From Candidatus Bathyarchaeota archaeon (lineage in GTDB: Archaea; Thermoproteota; Bathyarchaeia; 40CM-2-53-6): DNA of 32,000 bases. The position numbers were made by a program, and so were the translations under genes. Where the stretch lies: assembly GCA_963706285.1 (NCBI GenBank), contig CAVPLU010000012.1, positions 123,154 to 155,153 of the forward strand, given 5' to 3'. This document shows positions 26,378-32,000 of this stretch, piece by piece. The notes under the pieces are model-generated. The model saw only the letters and a list, made by a program, of their open reading frames with translations. It did no database searches and was not told the origin of the DNA. Within the stretch, counting starts at the first letter, position 1. Each line of letters starts with the position of its first letter.

Positions 26378-27037
26378 CTAGCCGGTCAACGCGATTACTC
26401 TGATGAGGTCAACAACATCTACGCCGAGGTCGGCAATTTCCTCGGCTCGTTCTACGATGTCGCGCAAAAGGAAGATTTCGTGTAGGGGAAGCTTGCCCGA
26501 TAGTATTTCAAAGTCGAGATTTCTAGAATTGATATCGATCTTTCTCTCAAGCTCCTCCACCGATTTGGACGATTCAACTGCCTTGTCGGGATCGAACGCT
26601 AGGGAATGAAGAGTCTCCTTCATCCTTGTCACTTCGCTAAGAACGAGCGACAGTATCTTGGACAGGCTCTCCATGTATTTCTTCTCCAACTTCCAGTTCC
26701 TGTCCGTTGCTCCCATTAACCGGAATCCCAAAGCCTCCGCGTAGTCTGCGATTGTGGTCATGCAAAACATCAGACGCAGGAAGTCTTCCCGACTGGTCAG
26801 AAGCGAACCTGCGGAAGCAACTTCCTCCAGCAAAGTGGTTCGAAGCTTGTCATTGTCGGCGATGAGCTTCAGCATTCCTTCATAGTGCGTCTTCGTAGCC
26901 CTAGGTTTCCTTTCAGCGACACTGTCAACCATGAGGGCAAGTTCTCGTACAATATCAACAATCGTTCGCGCTTGGCTCTGGCAGACGTCAAGTATCCTGC
27001 GTTTGATTGTGGGTTGGTTCTCGATGGGAAATGTCAT
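26378..27037 (-). CDS. DUF47 / PhoU-like family protein (COG1392-type)
   Basis: 219 aa and all-helical. It shows two repeats of the pattern seen in DUF47/TIGR00153 proteins (SREDFLRLMFCMTTIADYAE... and LLRDIVERAEEIADLGVDVVDLIRVIAL). Confidence 0.6.
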   Translation of the reverse strand: MTFPIENQPTIKRRILDVCQSQARTIVDIVRELALMVDSVAERKPRATKTHYEGMLKLIADNDKLRTTLLEEVASAGSLLTSREDFLRLMFCMTTIADYAEALGFRLMGATDRNWKLEKKYMESLSKILSLVLSEVTRMKETLHSLAFDPDKAVESSKSVEELERKIDINSRNLDFEILSGKLPLHEIFLLRDIVERAEEIADLGVDVVDLIRVIALTG

Positions 27038-27169
27038 TGACGTTCATCCTTTAGCTTGCTCAGATGGTCGCTATTCATTGTCTCCGACGCCAAATTAAAG
27101 GTCTCTCCTAGATCAAGCGACGGTCCGCTCAGCGCTCAATGTGCTTGCTGAGTGGTATCGGCTATGGGC

Positions 27170-28960
27170 TTAGGAGTCAGTACCGTCTGGTAAGGGGGTT
27201 CCGAGCGTCAAGAACGGGCAGGATCTTTCTAGGTAGGCTCTCAGTTTGTCGACGAGCGTATCAATGGGAGTTCTTACTTGTTTCCATGTCACGCGATCCC
27301 GGAGCGTGACCGTCTCATCGCTCAGGGTTTGGTAGTCGATCGTCACGCCGATTGGAACGCCGATCTCATCGGCTCTAGCGTATCGTCTTCCGATCGTCCC
27401 ACTCTCATCGTAGTCAACTTCGACCTTGGCGCGGCGGAGCATCTCGCACACTGACCGAGCTTTCACATCTAGACCATCTTTTGCCATCAGCGGGAATACA
27501 GAAGCTTGGATTGGTGCAATGTCGATTGGAATGTTGAGGACAACCCGGTCCTTCACTTGCGTGTACGCATATTCAAGAGCCGCATATAGGAGTCTTTCAG
27601 CACCGAAGCTTGGTTCTACTACTTTCGGCACGAATCTTCTGCCTGACTCCTTGGTTTCTATCCAGTCGAATCTTACATGTTCTGGAAGTATCTTGAACCC
27701 GTCTGCCGCGTAGAACCCCTTCTCTTTGATCGATTGTTCGACATCCCCACTCTTGGCGCTCTCAATCAACTTCCTAACAGTCGCAGCTTGCCCTCTGAAC
27801 GCGGGTCCTATAGCCGAATCAATTGGACGTGCAACTCTCTCTTTGCGGATCACTGGTTCGTCGTACTTCTTGAATACCGTGAGATCGGAGCCTGATCCTT
27901 TGATGTGACTTGACAGGTCGTGGTCTGACCGGTTGGCGTGACCTGCCACTTCAACCCATCCCCACCGATCCAACAGAACCTCATGATCGTACGTCTGAGA
28001 GGAATAGTGTGCACGTTCGGTTGGCGACTTTTCCTGAAAACGCTGATTTGCGGCAGGTATCCCCAAGTCTGACATGAATTGCTGTGACAAACCCATGAAA
28101 TATGCAGACCATTCAGATAGAATGAATTTCTTTTCGAGGGCTTGCCTGATCGTCGCTGTGGTTGGTTCCTCAATTCCTTTGTCTCGAAGCTGGAGCGGGA
28201 GAATCTGAACCTCCTTGTTCGCTACTTCATCGAGATATGGACATGATTGCTCTTCAGGATCGTAGAATAGCTCGAACTCCATGATTGTGAATTCTCTAAG
28301 CCTTATTGGGCCCTGACGCGGGGAGATCTCGTTCCTTAATGCGGTTCCGATCTGGGCAATAGCAATGGGCATCCTCTCTCTGAGCGACTCGTATACCCGT
28401 TTGAAATCCACGAACATGCCCTGAGCAGCTTCGGGCCGGCCATAGGCTACTGAATCGCTGTAAGGTCCAATTGTGGTTCGGAACATGGTGGAGAAGTGTT
28501 CTGGTTTGGAGAGTTGACCGCCACATTCGACGCATCTGATCTGCTTTTCCTTGATTGCTTGCTCTATTTCCGAAAGCGAGAAGGCTTCTGCCTGAATGTT
28601 GGCGGCCTCTTTCAGTAGGCTATCGGCTTTGAATCTGCGCTTACAGTTCAGGCATGCAACCATCGAATCCTTGAATTGGGCCACATGCCCCGAGGCTTCA
28701 AGGATACGCTCAGGAGTTATGATGGGTGTGGATATCTCGACGAAACCGTGCTTCCGAATAAACGTGTCGAGCCATTTCTCAATGATCCGTCTCTTCATGA
28801 TCGTTCCAAGCGGTCCGAGGTCGAGAAACCCGCTGACTCCACCATAGATTTCAAACGATGGCCAGAAAAGACCTCGTCTCCTTGCCAGATCTGCGACCAT
28901 TTCATACTTGTCCAGTTTCGCCATGTCGTCCATGTCACTGCCTTGAGTTGTTCGCGGCAT
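27170..28960 (-). CDS. glyS: glycine--tRNA ligase (archaeal/eukaryotic-type class II GlyRS)
   Basis: 596 aa with RRGLFWPSFEIYGGVSGFLDLGPLGT, class II motif 2 context FRNEISPRQGPIRLREFTIMEFELF, motif 3 VEPSFGAERL, and a C-terminal anticodon-binding domain. An alternative start at ATG 28924 is possible. Confidence 0.92.
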   Translation of the reverse strand: MPRTTQGSDMDDMAKLDKYEMVADLARRRGLFWPSFEIYGGVSGFLDLGPLGTIMKRRIIEKWLDTFIRKHGFVEISTPIITPERILEASGHVAQFKDSMVACLNCKRRFKADSLLKEAANIQAEAFSLSEIEQAIKEKQIRCVECGGQLSKPEHFSTMFRTTIGPYSDSVAYGRPEAAQGMFVDFKRVYESLRERMPIAIAQIGTALRNEISPRQGPIRLREFTIMEFELFYDPEEQSCPYLDEVANKEVQILPLQLRDKGIEEPTTATIRQALEKKFILSEWSAYFMGLSQQFMSDLGIPAANQRFQEKSPTERAHYSSQTYDHEVLLDRWGWVEVAGHANRSDHDLSSHIKGSGSDLTVFKKYDEPVIRKERVARPIDSAIGPAFRGQAATVRKLIESAKSGDVEQSIKEKGFYAADGFKILPEHVRFDWIETKESGRRFVPKVVEPSFGAERLLYAALEYAYTQVKDRVVLNIPIDIAPIQASVFPLMAKDGLDVKARSVCEMLRRAKVEVDYDESGTIGRRYARADEIGVPIGVTIDYQTLSDETVTLRDRVTWKQVRTPIDTLVDKLRAYLERSCPFLTLGTPLPDGTDS

Positions 28961-29040
28961 CTTTGATTTGTGACGAGACTTAAGCGTAGTGCAGCAAGTA
29001 CAGTGCTCGTGGCACCCACATAACCGTCGTTGAGTATTCT

Positions 29041-29379
29041 CTACTGCGCTCGCAGTTCCGTACGGGCAAGTTCAACAAGACAGCGAAAGAACTTCTCGCC
29101 TCTCTTCGGTCCAGTGCCTATTCCTGAACAATCCAAGTCCACTCCGATTTCAAGCGAGTCGGTTCCTGAGGGACGAATGCAGAATGGGTAGAATCGACAG
29201 ATGAGAGGCCTTGCTCTATAGATGGAGCATGTTGAGCCTCGAAGGAAGATGCATCTTCCCTCTCGTTTCCTAATCTTCCTGGTGTATGGCGCCGGCGCTC
29301 GCGTTGATACGCTGAACTCCCTAGCCGTCAGCTTTGTCGCGTCGGTGATCCGCTTGACGTCAAATGGGGCAAGCAGCAC
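29041..29379 (-). CDS. YkgJ-family (UPF0153) cysteine-cluster protein, N-terminus unresolved
   Basis: The C-terminal half, GRCIFLRGSTCSIYRARPLICRFYPF, matches the family. The N-terminal Cys cluster (CVRCTNSC) lies in frame upstream of the GTG at 29379. That open stretch extends to the stop at 29533 and has no canonical start codon. Confidence 0.5.
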   Translation of the reverse strand: MLLAPFDVKRITDATKLTAREFSVSTRAPAPYTRKIRKREGRCIFLRGSTCSIYRARPLICRFYPFCIRPSGTDSLEIGVDLDCSGIGTGPKRGEKFFRCLVELARTELRAQ

Positions 29380-29638
29380 GTTTCTTTTTCGCCCTGGAAG
29401 ATCACTGCACGAGTTTGTGCATCGAACGCAGACCCACCGAACGCACGCAGGATATCTAACCTTTCCCTCTTTCGAGTTGAAATTGGCCGAGGATCGTTGC
29501 TGAGGATCTGGAACTACGAGAGTTGCTTCGAATCAGATGATCCAAGCTCGAGCCTTCGACCGGCATGTTAGTGCGTTTTGTGGGGAGATATGATCAGAAG
29601 AGGAGTCATGTTCGGTGGCGAGGTGGGTCTGGCAGGAT

Positions 29639-29815
29639 CTATCTTGCCTTGACTCGCTTCACGACGGGCGGTCTCACTTTCTTCAGGACTCGGTAGCCGC
29701 AGAATGGGCATTTTGTTTCCGGAGTCATAGCCAACTGATCTAGAGTGAGCTTCTCACCGCAGCTGATGCACTGATACAGTATTCCTGTGGGAGATTGTTC
29801 TTTCTCTTCGCCCAT
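29639..29815 (-). CDS. rpoP: DNA-directed RNA polymerase subunit P (Rpo12/RpoP)
   Basis: YQCISCGEKLTLDQL.....KCPFCGYRVLKKVRPPVVKRVKA matches the RpoP zinc-ribbon consensus (Y.C..C....CP.CGY.....R.P....VKA). ATG 29815 is preferred over the upstream GTG at 29839. Confidence 0.75.
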   Translation of the reverse strand: MGEEKEQSPTGILYQCISCGEKLTLDQLAMTPETKCPFCGYRVLKKVRPPVVKRVKAR

Positions 29816-29982
29816 CGCGATCACTGGAAGACACCGCACGCAGGTTAGATTAAAGTGTTGATCAGCAGGTCTCGACGTACTCGATCACGTGATTCGATTG
29901 GGAAGTCCTGCTAAAGCTCGATCTTTCTTGACCGTTGCTCATGCAAATCTACTGGCGTATCTCTCTCGGTTTCAAGCGATGC

Positions 29983-32000
29983 TCATTCGCGTTTGCTGTG
30001 CCAAACGACGACTGCCACTATTGCGAGCAGTGCCACTGACAGGGCCCCAGTTATCAAAGGCTCTTCCCTGGATTGCAGAATCATCGGCGCGAATAGCAGT
30101 GAGATTAGGTTGATCACTTTGATCATGGGGTTCAAGGCTGGTCCCGAAGTATCCTTCAATGGGTCACCGACAGTGTCACATGTCACGGCGGCTTTGTGCT
30201 CCTCGGAACCTTTGCCGCCGTAGAATCCATCTTCAATCTTCTTCTTTGCGTTGTCCCAAGCTCCTCCAGAAGTTGCCATGAAGACTGCGAGCAATTGCCC
30301 CGTGACTATGATCCCGGCGAGGAATCCTCCGAGGGCCGCTTCTTTCAGCAGGAAGCCGAGCGCGATTGGCGTCAGGATAGCTAGCAGAGAAAGGCTGAAG
30401 AGCTCTCGTTGGGCCGCCGATGTGCATATGCTAACCACTCTTGCATAGTCCGGAGGTTTAGTTCCCTCAAATACTCCAGGAATCTTGAACTGGGCACGGA
30501 CTTCTTGCACTATGAGGGAGGCTGCGCGTCCGACCGCTCGAATTGAGATCGAACTGAACAGGAACGGGAGAGCCCCTCCGATTAGCACACCTACAAGCAC
30601 TATTGGATCTGCAATATTCACGCCGACTTTCTGCAGGCCAGTAGTTTCTGTGTAGGCACCGAAGAGTGAAACCGCTGCAAGGACGGCTGAGGCTATTGCG
30701 ATCGACTTTGTAACTGCCTTGGTTGTGTTGCCGGCGGCGTCCAGATCAGCCATAATCTGTCGCGCTTCAGGCTCCAACTGCGCCATCTCTCCGATCCCAT
30801 TAGCATTGTCGACGATGGGACCGTACGTGTCCATTGAGACATTGTTTCCCGTCAGCGTCAGCATGCCGATTCCTGCAAGTGCGACTCCATATATCGCAAA
30901 GATTGTGGAAGAACCTGTGAAGAAGAGAACTGACGCTACGATCGTTATCGCAATCACCAAGAGCCCCCAGACAGTTGCCTCAAATCCGATGGCTAGGCCT
31001 TCGAGGATCTCGGTCGCGGCTCCAGTCTGAGAGGACTTCGCCAGTCGATCGATCGCACGTTTTCTCGGATTCGTGAAGTGATCGGTAATCTTGTTGAAAC
31101 ATATCGCCAGCAGCACCCCTACTGTCGTTGCAAGAAAGACCCGGTAGTCGTGAACGTAGAGCTCTGCTAAGACGAAGAAGCTGGCAATTGAGATCCCAGC
31201 GGACAGATCGTATGAAAGGTCCATTGCCTTGAAGGCGTCGCCTTTCGTCATGCTATCCGGCCAAAGTGAGACCGCATAGGTTCCAATTATCGTGCTAACG
31301 ACTCCAATGCCACGGACAAGCAGTGGGAATAGTATCCATTTGATGTCGAATGGCGTAAGGGCAAGGCCTAGGATCATGCATGAGACTATGGTGACTTCAT
31401 AGGATTCGAATATGTCAGCAGCCATTCCAGCACAGTCCCCAACGTTGTCGCCCACTAGATCTGCAACAACGGCCGCGTTTCTGGGGTCATCTTCAGGGAT
31501 ATTCTTCTCAACCTTCCCGACAAGGTCTGCTCCGACGTCGGCGGCTTTGGTGTATATGCCTCCGCCGACTCGCATGAACAACGCAAGCAAGGTGCCTCCG
31601 AACCCGAATCCCAGGAGAACTTCGGGGGCAGATTGACGGTATATCATGAAGATCATGGTTCCTCCGAGAAGCCCGAGTCCGTCCGTTAGCATGCCCGTTA
31701 TCGTGCCCGACCGGTAAGCGATTTTGAGGGCATCACGGAAGCTCCGTCTCGCTGCCGATGCGACTCTAACGTTTCCTCTTACGGCCATGTTCATGCCCAA
31801 ATATCCAACTGAGGCCGAGAAGACCGATCCCATCAGGAAGGCACCAGCTCTGCCGATGGAGATATTGAATGGGCCTCCTACAAGGGCTGAAGTCAGATAG
31901 AGCACAATCGTCAGAATAGCGATGAAGGGTATAATGGATCTCAGTTGTGTTCTCAGGTAGGCATTGGCGCCGTTCAGTATCGCCTGCCAGACTTCTTTCA
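29983..32000 (-). CDS. hppA: membrane-bound proton/sodium-translocating pyrophosphatase, 5-prime partial (runs off the window)
   Basis: Motifs: GGIYTKAADVGADLVGKVE, DDPRNAAVVADLVGDNVGDCAGMAADIFESY, AGNTTKAVTKSIAI, SGGAWDNAKK and VGDPLKD. The frame stays open to position 32000, reading KEVWQAILNGANAYLRTQL, which is typical of the N-terminal region. Confidence 0.92.
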   Translation of the reverse strand, partial: KEVWQAILNGANAYLRTQLRSIIPFIAILTIVLYLTSALVGGPFNISIGRAGAFLMGSVFSASVGYLGMNMAVRGNVRVASAARRSFRDALKIAYRSGTITGMLTDGLGLLGGTMIFMIYRQSAPEVLLGFGFGGTLLALFMRVGGGIYTKAADVGADLVGKVEKNIPEDDPRNAAVVADLVGDNVGDCAGMAADIFESYEVTIVSCMILGLALTPFDIKWILFPLLVRGIGVVSTIIGTYAVSLWPDSMTKGDAFKAMDLSYDLSAGISIASFFVLAELYVHDYRVFLATTVGVLLAICFNKITDHFTNPRKRAIDRLAKSSQTGAATEILEGLAIGFEATVWGLLVIAITIVASVLFFTGSSTIFAIYGVALAGIGMLTLTGNNVSMDTYGPIVDNANGIGEMAQLEPEARQIMADLDAAGNTTKAVTKSIAIASAVLAAVSLFGAYTETTGLQKVGVNIADPIVLVGVLIGGALPFLFSSISIRAVGRAASLIVQEVRAQFKIPGVFEGTKPPDYARVVSICTSAAQRELFSLSLLAILTPIALGFLLKEAALGGFLAGIIVTGQLLAVFMATSGGAWDNAKKKIEDGFYGGKGSEEHKAAVTCDTVGDPLKDTSGPALNPMIKVINLISLLFAPMILQSREEPLITGALSVALLAIVAVVVWHSKRE

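Overview
Archaeal chromosomal segment. Archaeal identity rests on TFB, aSUI1, RpoP, the tRNA-splicing endonuclease EndA, pantoate kinase plus archaeal-type PPAT, an eukaryote/archaeal-type GlyRS and a BHB-intron tRNA. Most genes are housekeeping: CoA biosynthesis (PoK, PPAT), GTP-dependent PEP carboxykinase, acyl-CoA dehydrogenase, S-adenosylhomocysteine hydrolase, an HtrA-like protease, TFB, SUI1, a DRG-family GTPase, EndA, a DUF47/PhoU-like protein, GlyRS, RpoP and a membrane pyrophosphatase that runs off the right edge. Several secreted or membrane proteins are interspersed: an 809-aa beta-propeller lipoprotein, an M6 metalloprotease with a CFI-box C-terminus, a 700-aa membrane protein with a C-terminal zinc ribbon, and a large Ig-like-repeat surface protein. 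The standout feature is a tRNA-Gln(CUG) gene at 4151-4315 that I reconstruct by hand as five exons interrupted by four introns, in the D-arm, anticodon stem, canonical 37/38 and T-loop. Each intron folds into a bulge-helix-bulge motif, and the catalytic EndA gene lies in the same window. The second notable pattern is about 15 reading-frame disruptions, often at short homopolymers. They are concentrated in a subset of genes: a vitamin-transporter-like membrane protein, PEPCK, the DRG GTPase (which also has a degenerate P-loop), the large surface protein, the M6 protease ends, a DUF350-like protein and an acyl-CoA ligase remnant. Seven ORFs of 1.2-2.4 kb remain intact. This pattern is either sequencing error or real gene decay and needs read-level checking. 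I found no CRISPR array, rRNA, transposase or integrase.
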